Notes under the pieces: model-generated
Database searches by the model: none
Told to the model about the DNA's origin: nothing
What the model saw: the letters and a program-made list of their open reading frames with translations, nothing else
Position numbers and translations under genes: made by a program
Shown: positions 23,924 to 31,458 of the stretch, piece after piece
Layout of the letters: the number at the start of each line of letters is the position of its first letter
Numbering within the stretch: position 1 is the first letter of the stretch
Virus record (IMG/VR): IMGVR_UViG_3300017694_000010
Coordinates: 1-40,231 of that record
DNA length: 40,231 nucleotides
Direction: 5' to 3' (one strand)
Source: a virus

Positions 23924-24334
23924 TTGATGTTTCCTCCGCGCCCCCGTGGCCGCCTTGCGCCTGAGACACTTAAGAAGCTCCGGATCTCGACTGTCGCTCA
24001 TTGCGTTCCGGGTCAGTCCTGGCCCAGCGCAGTGATCTGGTCGCCCGACATGGACGCGATGTTGCTCAGCGTCCTTGACGCCGGTCGCGGCATTGTCGCG
24101 GCGGGGAAAGCGGTTGGCGTTCACCCGGACGTGGTGAAGCGGCGGTTCGCTGTTCTTCGTCCCGGAGTTCCGGTGCCGCTGGGCAAGCGCGGGCCGCGGC
24201 GTGGCCTGTCGTCCGATTACTGGCCTTCTAACGGCGAAGGGGGAACGCGCCAACGTCCCCCCATCAAAGCCGTCTGTTCCGAAGTCCGCAGCGTCACTGC
24301 TCATGCCCCCGATATTGGAGCACCCGAGCCGTGA
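23924..24334 (+). CDS. Hypothetical early protein in the cII position (possible HTH)
   Basis: 136 aa. WSPDMDAMLLSVLDAGRGIVAAGKAVGVHPDVVKRRFAVL is HTH-like. GTGA coupling to the next gene. Confidence 0.4.
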   Translation: MMFPPRPRGRLAPETLKKLRISTVAHCVPGQSWPSAVIWSPDMDAMLLSVLDAGRGIVAAGKAVGVHPDVVKRRFAVLRPGVPVPLGKRGPRRGLSSDYWPSNGEGGTRQRPPIKAVCSEVRSVTAHAPDIGAPEP

Positions 24335-24687
24335 CGGCTACGACGCAAGCTTACACCAAACTGCCATTTCCGGTGCCCTCCGTCGCCCGCGTGGCCTCGG
24401 TGATCCGCACTGCATTCACCGGTCGCGGCGCTGCCAAGCGCGTCGCCTCCGCTGTCGATGCCCATCCCCGCACCGCCTCGACGTGGCTCTACGGCCAGGC
24501 CGCCCCGCGCGCGCCTGAGCTGATCGCCCTGATGGCGGCCAACGAACAACTCGAACAGCAGATCGTGGCCATGGTCCGCGGTCTGAGGGAGCAGCACCCT
24601 TGCCCACCTCCTACGACTTCACCACCGGACGCTGCGGCTTCGGTATCGACCGCAGCACCTTCCCGCCTGGATACCGTCTCGGCCTGA
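24331..24687 (+). CDS. Hypothetical early protein
   Basis: Good codon bias up to about 24595. After that the bias moves to the overlapping frame of 24600..24812. Confidence 0.4.
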   Translation: MTATTQAYTKLPFPVPSVARVASVIRTAFTGRGAAKRVASAVDAHPRTASTWLYGQAAPRAPELIALMAANEQLEQQIVAMVRGLREQHPCPPPTTSPPDAAASVSTAAPSRLDTVSA

Positions 24688-24812
24688 TCACCCTCCGCAT
24701 CTTCGCGGATGGCCTGGACAAGCACATCGCCAAGCTGGTCGATGCCGAGCGGCTGAAGACCGAGCAGAAGCACCACACCCGCCTCCGGCTGATCATGGGC
24801 GATGTGGCATGA
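24600..24812 (+). CDS. Hypothetical early protein (TTG start)
   Basis: GAGGGAG lies 8 nt upstream of TTG 24600. Third positions are almost all C/G from 24600 on. ATGA coupling to the next gene. Confidence 0.45.
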   Translation: MPTSYDFTTGRCGFGIDRSTFPPGYRLGLITLRIFADGLDKHIAKLVDAERLKTEQKHHTRLRLIMGDVA

Positions 24813-25222
24813 GCGCGTTCGTGGACCAGTCCCGCACGCTGCGCTCCGAGATCGACCGCCTGGGCAAGTCGCCGGTTCGGCGCCTGCAGTCCCTCGGCCG
24901 CCTCGCACCGGGCACTATGAACAAGACCGAGGCCAAGTACGCCGCGCACCTCGACCGGCTCAAGTTGGCGGGTGACGTGCTCTGGTACGGCTTCGAAGCC
25001 ATGACCTTCAAACTAGCGCACGACTGCCGGCTGACGCCCGACTTCATCATCCTGCGCCCCGACATGTCGCTGGCCGCCCATGACGTAAAGGGTAGCCCGG
25101 CCATCGTCTCGGACGACGCCAAGGTGAAGATGCGGGTGGCCGCGAACCTGATGCCGCTGCCGTTCTTCTACGCCTTCCCGCGCAAGGGTGGTGGCTGGGA
25201 TCTGGACGAGGTGCATCCGTGA
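24809..25222 (+). CDS. PD-(D/E)xK-type nuclease, DUF1064-like (putative resolvase/endonuclease)
   Basis: NKTEAKYAAHLDRLKLAGDVLWYGFEAMTFKL...TPDFIIL...AAHDVKG...AKVKMRVAANL resembles the DUF1064 pattern. Confidence 0.4.
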   Translation: MSAFVDQSRTLRSEIDRLGKSPVRRLQSLGRLAPGTMNKTEAKYAAHLDRLKLAGDVLWYGFEAMTFKLAHDCRLTPDFIILRPDMSLAAHDVKGSPAIVSDDAKVKMRVAANLMPLPFFYAFPRKGGGWDLDEVHP

Positions 25223-25446
25223 CCGAAGCGCTCGACAAGAACGGCCTACTCCGCGAGCTGGGCCGCCAGGTGGCCGGCGCCGGTTCGCAGTCCGCCTTCT
25301 CCCGCAAGAGTGGCATCCCCCTTTCGCAGATTAGCGAAGCCCTGAACGGCCGCCGCCAAGTCTCGGAAGGCATGGCCAACGCAATGGGGTTCGCCAAGGT
25401 GGACCGCTACGTGCTCGTCCGCAAGGTGAAGGTGGGGGCCACATGA
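25219..25446 (+). CDS. Small HTH DNA-binding protein
   Basis: SQSAFSRKSGIPLSQISEALNGRRQVSEGMANAMGF. Coupled on both sides. Confidence 0.45.
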   Translation: MTEALDKNGLLRELGRQVAGAGSQSAFSRKSGIPLSQISEALNGRRQVSEGMANAMGFAKVDRYVLVRKVKVGAT

Positions 25447-26315
25447 GCCGCACCGACGCCTGGATGCCGCTCTACATCGGCGACTACCTCGCCGACACGA
25501 TGCACCTGAACGCCCAGGAGCACGGGGCCTACCTGCTGTTGCTCATGCACTACTGGCGTAACGGCCCGCTGCTGGACGATGACAAGGTTCTGGCCGGCAT
25601 CTGCCGCACGAGCAAGACGACGTGGGAGCGACACATTGCTACCGCCGTGCGCGCCTTCTTCGTCCACGAGAATGGCCGTCTCCACCAAAAAAGGATGGAT
25701 GTTGAGCGCGAAAAAGCCGCACAAATTTCGGCCAAAAGGCGCGAGGCAGGTTCACGCGGGGGTGCTGAAAAAGCAGCGCGTGTTTCCAATGAAATCAATA
25801 CCCCCGCTGTAGCAAATGCTAAGCAAACGCCTAGCAAACGTGTAGCAAATGAGTGGCAAAAGCCACCACACGCGGGTGCGCGCGCGTCCGCGTCACCTTC
25901 ACAGCTACAACTACCTAAGAAAGATACAGAGGCTAACGCCTCTGCCGAGCCTGTCGGCCCGGCGCCGGCTGACGCCCCCGTTCCTGATGCTCGTACCAGC
26001 CTGTGGCGAGAGGGCTTGCCCCGCCTGCAGCGCCTGACGGGGAAGCCGGCCGGTTCCAGCCGTACCCTTCTCGGCGACCTCGTGAAGCGGGCAGGGGACG
26101 ACTGCGCTCTGGTCAGCGCCGCCCTGTTCGAAGCCGAGCAGGCACGCCCCATCGAGCCGGTGCCTTGGCTCATCCGCACCATCCAGTTTCGCCGCGGCGA
26201 TCTCCGCCCGGCCACCACCGACAAGCCCAGCAAGCTCGCCTGGATGACCCAGGACGACGACGCGCGCGGCTCCCGCTTCGACTTCGACGGCTTTGCCGAG
26301 GAGATCCACCATTGA
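25443..26315 (+). CDS. DUF1376 (YdaU-like) replication-initiation-associated protein
   Basis: WMPLYIGDYLADTMHLNAQEHGAYLLLLMHYWRNGPLLDDD matches the DUF1376 consensus. Contains the iteron array. Confidence 0.75.
   Translation: MSRTDAWMPLYIGDYLADTMHLNAQEHGAYLLLLMHYWRNGPLLDDDKVLAGICRTSKTTWERHIATAVRAFFVHENGRLHQKRMDVEREKAAQISAKRREAGSRGGAEKAARVSNEINTPAVANAKQTPSKRVANEWQKPPHAGARASASPSQLQLPKKDTEANASAEPVGPAPADAPVPDARTSLWREGLPRLQRLTGKPAGSSRTLLGDLVKRAGDDCALVSAALFEAEQARPIEPVPWLIRTIQFRRGDLRPATTDKPSKLAWMTQDDDARGSRFDFDGFAEEIHH
25809..25862 (+). repeat. Five iterons with exact 11-bp periodicity (candidate ori) inside the DUF1376 gene
   Basis: GTAGCAAATG / AAGCAAACG / TAGCAAACG / GTAGCAAATG / GTGGCAAAAG. Cores (A/G)GCAAA start at 25811, 25822, 25833, 25844 and 25855. 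A/T-rich stretch at 25681-25740 upstream. Confidence 0.65.
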
Positions 26316-26329
26316 ACCAGATCACCACC

Positions 26330-27079
26330 ATGGGCGGCGCTGGCACTCTGGCCCCCGTCACCCCCCAGGTCGCCATCTCCCCCGAGCTGCGCGCTCGGCT
26401 GAGCGATGCGCTGGAGCCCACCTATCCGCCGGCGCCCGGCGAAGAGTTCGGCTTACGCAAGACGCCCATCGCCCTGACCGGCAAGGAAGCCGAGGAAGCG
26501 GATTGGGTGGCGTTCGAGTTGGACCGTCTCCTGTCCCGCGCCGTTGCCCCCCAGACGGTCGCCGCTTGGCTGAAGGTCGTCAACGCTGCGGTCCGCAATC
26601 CGCAGACCAAGGAGGACTTCCAGGCCAAGGCCGCGGCCATCGCCATGGTGTGCGACGGTCTGCCCGAGGCGTGCTTCACGGCCGAGAGCCAGCGCCAGGC
26701 GATGGCCAAGTGGCAGTTCTTCCCCTCGGCGGCCGACGTGGTGGCCGCGGTGCAGCCCATTGCGGACGAGTGGCGCCGCAAGGCTGCTGCCCTGCGCCGG
26801 ATGCCCCGTGGCCGACAGATCCAGGCCGATCAGGACGACGTGGTTCCGATGCCTGACGAGGTTCGTGCAGCGTTCTCGGCTCGCATGAAGGCCCTGCGCG
26901 GTGAGCTGCTGGCTCAGGAGCGCGCCCGGTACGCCCCGGCCGACGAGCGCCCCAAGACCGCCTACCTGACGCCGGACCAGAGCAAGGCCGCCTTCGCCAA
27001 GATCGCCCAGGGTGGTGGCCCGTTCGCTGGCGCCGCGCAGACCGCGCTGAAGAACCTGCATGGGGAGCAGGGGGCGTGA
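26330..27079 (+). CDS. Replication-module protein, function unknown
   Basis: In frame with ORF 26003..27079, but upstream of 26312 it overlaps the DUF1376 gene. Candidate starts are TTG 26312 (GAGGAG 8 nt upstream, TTGA overlap) or ATG 26330. Confidence 0.45.
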   Translation: MGGAGTLAPVTPQVAISPELRARLSDALEPTYPPAPGEEFGLRKTPIALTGKEAEEADWVAFELDRLLSRAVAPQTVAAWLKVVNAAVRNPQTKEDFQAKAAAIAMVCDGLPEACFTAESQRQAMAKWQFFPSAADVVAAVQPIADEWRRKAAALRRMPRGRQIQADQDDVVPMPDEVRAAFSARMKALRGELLAQERARYAPADERPKTAYLTPDQSKAAFAKIAQGGGPFAGAAQTALKNLHGEQGA

Positions 27080-27264
27080 GCACCGAGCGCCCCGAGGGCT
27101 GGTACTGGGTCCGCCTCGACGAGGACAATGTCTTTCCCGAGCGCAACGAGCCGGCCCATTGGGAAGGCGGCTGCTGGTGGGTCATCGCCATGAGCCTGCC
27201 TGCCGAGATCCCCGATACTGACGTGCTGGGCCCGGTCGCTCCGTTCGTGCGGGGGCGGTCATGA
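27076..27264 (+). CDS. Small GWYWV-motif protein (paralogue of 29772..29978)
   Basis: PEGWYWVRLDEDN...W..GCWWV. GTGA coupling. Confidence 0.5.
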   Translation: MSTERPEGWYWVRLDEDNVFPERNEPAHWEGGCWWVIAMSLPAEIPDTDVLGPVAPFVRGRS

Positions 27265-27509
27265 CCATCGAACAGGTCATCCAGCGCCGCCTCTCCATGG
27301 GCGCCACCTTCCGACCCGATGGGGCAGGGATCACCATGGAGTTGCCCGGTCAGCCGACATCTTGGACCCGACGCGACCTCTGGGATGCCGCTACGGGCGG
27401 CCTGGTTGAGGCGCTGGGGCAGTCTGGGGTGGTGGCCGCTACCCCTACCGCGGAGAAGCCGTCAAACGACTTGGTGGCGTTCCTTGGGCTGGCGGGATTC
27501 CGGGCATGA
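27261..27509 (+). CDS. Hypothetical early protein
   Basis: ATGA coupling on both sides. Confidence 0.4.
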   Translation: MTIEQVIQRRLSMGATFRPDGAGITMELPGQPTSWTRRDLWDAATGGLVEALGQSGVVAATPTAEKPSNDLVAFLGLAGFRA

Positions 27510-27859
27510 GCGCCGCCGTTCTCTCCGGAGACCCCAAGGTGCTGGCCGTCGCCGTCATAGCGCAGGCGTTCGCGGACATGCGGTCTGCCATCGGGTGCAT
27601 CGGTACCCAGACCGGGGGCGGATACGTCCCCGTGTCCGAACGCTATGAGGCCGTCCACTTCCTGACCGACGTGGTCGGCGCCTGGGCCGAAGCTCGCAAC
27701 CTTTGGGCCGAGATGGCTGACGTCGACCCCGAACACCTGCGCGACGTAGCCCTGGCCGAGATCAACGCGCCGCCCAAGCAGCGCCGCCGGGTCATGCGTC
27801 GCGCCACCCCAAACCACACCGATACGCGCGGGTCCGCCCCGCAGGAGAGCGTGCGATGA
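27506..27859 (+). CDS. Hypothetical early protein
   Basis: ATGA coupling on both sides. Confidence 0.4.
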   Translation: MSAAVLSGDPKVLAVAVIAQAFADMRSAIGCIGTQTGGGYVPVSERYEAVHFLTDVVGAWAEARNLWAEMADVDPEHLRDVALAEINAPPKQRRRVMRRATPNHTDTRGSAPQESVR

Positions 27860-28104
27860 GTGCTGAGCAGATCGCGAAGAAGCTGACGCCGGTTCAGCGC
27901 AATCTCCTTGTCAAGCTGAAGCCAATAAGGGGCGGCCAGAAGATTACCATCGCAAACGGCGCTCCTGGCCCACTCACTGTGCTGGGTCTGGAGGACCGGG
28001 GTCTGTTTGTCTGTCGGCTAGATCAAGATGGGTGGACTGTCTGGCTGGGTGACATCGGCCTCGAAGTCCGCGCCATCCTCGCAGCCCAGGGCCCCCGCGC
28101 GTGA
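27856..28104 (+). CDS. Hypothetical early protein
   Basis: ATGA/GTGA coupling on both sides. Confidence 0.4.
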   Translation: MSAEQIAKKLTPVQRNLLVKLKPIRGGQKITIANGAPGPLTVLGLEDRGLFVCRLDQDGWTVWLGDIGLEVRAILAAQGPRA

Positions 28105-28841
28105 CCGGGGCACAGAGCAGCGAGCGTGTGACGCTGGCGCCGTGCCCCTGGTGCCATGACACGTGGGTCAAGGTGTTTCAGGCGCCTGCTGGGTGGACGG
28201 TACTCTGCGGGTCGTGCTGGGCGACCGGGCCGGGACGCAAGCTGAAGGCCGAAGCCATCGCCGCCTGGAACCGCCGCGCCGCCCTGAGCACCCCCGCCAC
28301 CACGGGGGAGGGTGAGAGGTTACGACGCGCCCTTAGCCTAGCCTTGAAGTGGCTCATTCAGTACGAGCCAGGAGATAGCCGCGCGGTTTCGGATGAGTTC
28401 GTGGCAATGGCGGCCATCGAGGCTGGTTTGGGTGACGCGTCTTGTGACGCGATCATCAGCGCAGCCTTGGAGCGAACCGACCTCGCCGCCCTGCCCCCCA
28501 GCAGCGGGTGGGAGGCTGGGGCGAATGTCCTGGAAGTCCTGCAGGACGCTGAGGAGGCGCTGATCGCGGCCGATCTCCGGTCCGACAGCCACATGGCTCG
28601 GCTGTTGCCGATCATCCAAGACTGCATCATCCGAGCGATCGCAGCGCGGGAGGCCAGGAATGGCTTTGTAGCGTCGCGATCCGATTGGGCGGCTGGGGCG
28701 GAGGTGATGCGGGCGTTGGAGACCATCGTCGGCATGAAGGACGTTGGCATGGGATACCTCATGCGGAGAGAGGCTCAACGAGCCATTGACGCCATCCGCG
28801 CACTCCCCCTCCCGCCGCCGCCGTCGAGCGAGGGCGCGTGA
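28101..28841 (+). CDS. Lar-family (restriction-alleviation-type) zinc-ribbon domain fused to an approximately 170-aa helical C-terminal region
   Basis: LAPCPWCHDTWVKVF...VLCGSCWATGPGRKLKAEAIAAWNRRA matches the Lar-family pattern (CPxC...CxxC...EAIxAWNRR). Confidence 0.55.
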   Translation: MTGAQSSERVTLAPCPWCHDTWVKVFQAPAGWTVLCGSCWATGPGRKLKAEAIAAWNRRAALSTPATTGEGERLRRALSLALKWLIQYEPGDSRAVSDEFVAMAAIEAGLGDASCDAIISAALERTDLAALPPSSGWEAGANVLEVLQDAEEALIAADLRSDSHMARLLPIIQDCIIRAIAAREARNGFVASRSDWAAGAEVMRALETIVGMKDVGMGYLMRREAQRAIDAIRALPLPPPPSSEGA

Positions 28842-29101
28842 TGCCGCACGATCCGACCCAGGCCAAACGGCTGGCGCGCATGGAGCAGGTAGACGCCATG
28901 ACGCCAGACGTTCGCGCATGCGTCCATGAGTTCGGCCTCTCCATCGTGAACGCTTTTCTACAGGCCGGCGTCACTAAGGGCCGCCATATCAGGCACATCG
29001 TCATGTGTATCCGGCAGGGTTCGTATCAGTCCCACAGCGACGGCAAGGCTTTCCGCCTGCAAGCCCTGGCAGCCACTCAGGAGACCCCCCATGACGCATG
29101 A
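28838..29101 (+). CDS. Hypothetical early protein
   Basis: GTG 28838 or ATG 28841 overlapping the upstream stop. Confidence 0.4.
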   Translation: MMPHDPTQAKRLARMEQVDAMTPDVRACVHEFGLSIVNAFLQAGVTKGRHIRHIVMCIRQGSYQSHSDGKAFRLQALAATQETPHDA

Positions 29102-29342
29102 CAGGGCACTCGTGCAGGCTTTGGCGCGGGCAGCCATCGCGGCCAACGAGATGGGCAGTGATGCCCAAGGGCGGGCGATCCTCGACGCTATCGAGGCGCA
29201 GGGGTGGGTGGTGGTGCCGGTGCACTACAACGATGCGATGATGGCAGCCGCCATCAGCGCCCATGAGAGTAACGCCAACTGGCAGGACCTAGATGAGGTG
29301 TGGCACGCCATGCTCGCCGCCCGCCCCGGAGCCCAGCCATGA
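29091..29342 (+). CDS. Hypothetical early protein
   Basis: 83 aa. 11-nt overlap upstream and ATGA coupling downstream. Confidence 0.4.
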   Translation: MTHDRALVQALARAAIAANEMGSDAQGRAILDAIEAQGWVVVPVHYNDAMMAAAISAHESNANWQDLDEVWHAMLAARPGAQP

Positions 29343-29593
29343 GCATGGACCCCAACATCAAGCCGGGCGCCCTGTGGATGGTCTATCGGTTGGGCTCGCG
29401 TAGCAGCAATCGGACTGTGGTTAGGATCGGCCCAGGACCCCGGCGCAGTGGGTATTGGACGACCCATGGCGACGGCATCTTCTACCGCGACAACCGTGGC
29501 ACACAGTGGTGTTCGCTGGCGGCTTGGCGGAAGTGGGTCCGCAATCATGACGCTAGGCATGCTGGAACCACCCAGCATGAGCCGGCCCCATGA
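29339..29593 (+). CDS. Hypothetical early protein
   Basis: ATG 29339 in an ATGA overlap. 84 aa. Confidence 0.4.
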   Translation: MSMDPNIKPGALWMVYRLGSRSSNRTVVRIGPGPRRSGYWTTHGDGIFYRDNRGTQWCSLAAWRKWVRNHDARHAGTTQHEPAP

Positions 29594-29775
29594 AGCACCA
29601 CTTCACCCGCGGCCTCTCCCGGTCCCGCCATCGCATTCGGCATTCCGCCGCGATGTGCCGGGAGTGGAGGTGGCTGAACCCGAGGCCGGCGAACAGCCAG
29701 AGGCACGGTAAGCCCCTATTATCGTGCCCGATCAACGACGCCGCCACGAATGACACGCAGGAGGACCGGGGATGA
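29590..29775 (+). CDS. Small highly basic protein
   Basis: ATGA overlaps on both sides. G/C-rich third positions in the checked frame. Confidence 0.45.
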   Translation: MKHHFTRGLSRSRHRIRHSAAMCREWRWLNPRPANSQRHGKPLLSCPINDAATNDTQEDRG

Positions 29776-29978
29776 TCCGCGAAACAGGTTGGTACTGGGT
29801 CAAGCTGGATGTCGAGGACGAATGGATCATCGCCCAATGGTGCCCGGAGCAGGTCTCGTGGGACCATGACCCTGGTTCCATTTTTGGCTGGTCCTTAGAC
29901 GACACCGCCAAAGCGGATAAAGACATTGCGGCCATCGGTCACCGTATCCTTCCTCCGGCAGGGGAGGCCGAGCTATGA
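29772..29978 (+). CDS. Small GWYWV-motif protein (paralogue of 27076..27264)
   Basis: ETGWYWVKLDVEDEWIIAQW. Confidence 0.5.
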   Translation: MIRETGWYWVKLDVEDEWIIAQWCPEQVSWDHDPGSIFGWSLDDTAKADKDIAAIGHRILPPAGEAEL

Positions 29979-30493
29979 GCCGCCACGGTCTGACGCTGCC
30001 CATCGGCAGCACCCGCCAGTCCTACGCCTACGTGTGCACCGACGCCGACCGGGACCGCTATCTGGCGACCGTCCAGGCGTCTGACACGGCGGAGGTTGTG
30101 ACCCGGCCGAGCGGGGAGCCGCGGCGCCTCGACCAGTCCAACGGGGAAGGCCAGGCCGGCGGCTGGTCCGATCGCCAGCGCAAGGCCGCCTGGCAGCTGG
30201 AGCGCCATTGGCGTGAAGCCCTGCCCGGCATGGCCAAGCCCGCCGGCTACCGGTCCCACACGGGCCAGGACATGTCCGGCGAGCACCACCTGTCGCCCGA
30301 GGAGCAGGAGGCCGCCGCAGCCGCGTGGCGGGCCTACAGCGCCGGGATGGACGAGGTGTTGCGCCAGTGTGGCCAGCGGCACCGGGACGCGCTGTTCGCC
30401 GCGGTGATCCAGAACGACGCGCCGGGGCTGGATCGGGCGTGGAGGGTGAGGGAGTGCCTGAGCGTGCTGGCTGACCATTGGAGGGTCAAGTGA
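29975..30493 (+). CDS. Hypothetical protein; candidate late-gene regulator by position only
   Basis: 172 aa. One of the last genes of the rightward early operon, upstream of the terminator that precedes terS. Confidence 0.35.
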   Translation: MSRHGLTLPIGSTRQSYAYVCTDADRDRYLATVQASDTAEVVTRPSGEPRRLDQSNGEGQAGGWSDRQRKAAWQLERHWREALPGMAKPAGYRSHTGQDMSGEHHLSPEEQEAAAAAWRAYSAGMDEVLRQCGQRHRDALFAAVIQNDAPGLDRAWRVRECLSVLADHWRVK

Positions 30494-30597
30494 TGTTGGA
30501 CCGCAACATTTCTTGGTGGCAATGGCTACTGTGGGGCCTCGCGTTCGGGTTCGGATCGAGCCTTACTGCGGGCGTGCTGCGCTGGATTGGAGGGTGA
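30493..30597 (+). CDS. 34-aa Trp-rich hydrophobic peptide (below the ORF-track cutoff)
   Basis: TGATG overlap with the upstream stop. MLDRNISWWQWLLWGLAFGFGSSLTAGVLRWIGG. Confidence 0.3.
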   Translation: MLDRNISWWQWLLWGLAFGFGSSLTAGVLRWIGG

Positions 30598-30601
30598 AGT
30601 G

Positions 30602-30844
30602 ATGGGGTGGCGGCCGATAGAGACAGCGCCGAAGGATGGTGGGCCAGTCGATCTCTGGATAGTTGAGGAGGGGTGCGGTGAGCGCCGGTTGACGGATTGT
30701 TGGTGGAATGGAATGTGGTCTTATAGAGACGAGCTGCGTCGCCTAGGCCCTGTTCCTGAACACTGGCGCATCACCCACTGGATGCCGCTCCCTAACCCGC
30801 CCCTTAACCAAAATCCGGTTGACATTCCATCTTCTCAAGATTAG
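30602..30844 (+). CDS. DUF551-like protein
   Basis: GGAGGG lies 7 nt upstream of ATG 30602. GWRPIETAPKDGGPVDLW...CWWNGMW...THWMPLPNPP matches the DUF551 pattern. Confidence 0.55.
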   Translation: MGWRPIETAPKDGGPVDLWIVEEGCGERRLTDCWWNGMWSYRDELRRLGPVPEHWRITHWMPLPNPPLNQNPVDIPSSQD

Positions 30845-30867
30845 CATCACAGCCACTCGGATAACTG

Positions 30868-30901
30868 CGCCCGGAGCCTGGAAAGGTTCGCGGGCGTTTT
30901 T
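30868..30901 (+). terminator. Rho-independent terminator between the early-right operon and terS
   Basis: cgcccg/cgggcg (30868-30873 / 30891-30896) extended by gagcc/ggttc with a 1-nt bulge and a 6-nt loop, followed by ttttt (30897-30901). Confidence 0.7.
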
Positions 30902-30918
30902 GCGTTCTGGAGGGTGGT

Positions 30919-31458
30919 GTGACTGGCTGCAACCTGTGCGCGAACGGCTGTGGGGGCTCGCGCTCCGACTGCCCCGTGGCAGAGTGGGAGCCGCCTGCCT
31001 CGCCTACCGGAGGCGCACATTCGACCTATAGCCGGGCTGTGGCGGACGAGATCTGCCATCTGCTTGCGGACGGGCAAACGCTGCGGTCCATCGCCCGCCG
31101 AGAGGGTATGCCGACCCGGCAGACCATCCGAAGCTGGATCGTCAAGGACTACGACGGCTTCGCGGCCAAGTACGAGACGGCCTACCGCCTGGGGCTAGAT
31201 GAGATGGCGGACCAGATCCTCGATATCTCGGACGACGGCACCCGCGACTACAAGATGGTCGATGGCCGCGAGGTAGTCGACAGCGACCATATCCAGCGCT
31301 CTCGCCTGCGGGTCGATAGCCGGAAGTGGCTCCTGGCCCGGCGGCTTCCCAAGGAGTTCGGGGACAAGGTGCAGCACACCGACGCCTCGGGCACTGGCAA
31401 CATGGTTCTGGAAATCCTGACCGGCGTCCCCCGTGACGACGACCAGAAAGCAGATTGA
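30919..31458 (+). CDS. terS: Terminase small subunit
   Basis: YSRAVADEICHLLADGQTLRSIARREGMPTRQTIRSWIVKDYDGFAAKYETAYRLGLDEMADQILDISDD...IQRSRLRVDSRKWLLARRLPKEFGDK is the common HTH-type terS pattern. The start (GTG 30919) is uncertain. Confidence 0.65.
   Translation: MTGCNLCANGCGGSRSDCPVAEWEPPASPTGGAHSTYSRAVADEICHLLADGQTLRSIARREGMPTRQTIRSWIVKDYDGFAAKYETAYRLGLDEMADQILDISDDGTRDYKMVDGREVVDSDHIQRSRLRVDSRKWLLARRLPKEFGDKVQHTDASGTGNMVLEILTGVPRDDDQKAD

Noticed and set aside
24590-24610. Programmed -1 ribosomal frameshift joining ORF 24331 to ORF 24600
   Set aside because: There is no X XXY YYZ slippery heptamer at the frame transition (the sequence is cac cct tgc). The downstream frame has its own RBS and a TTG start.
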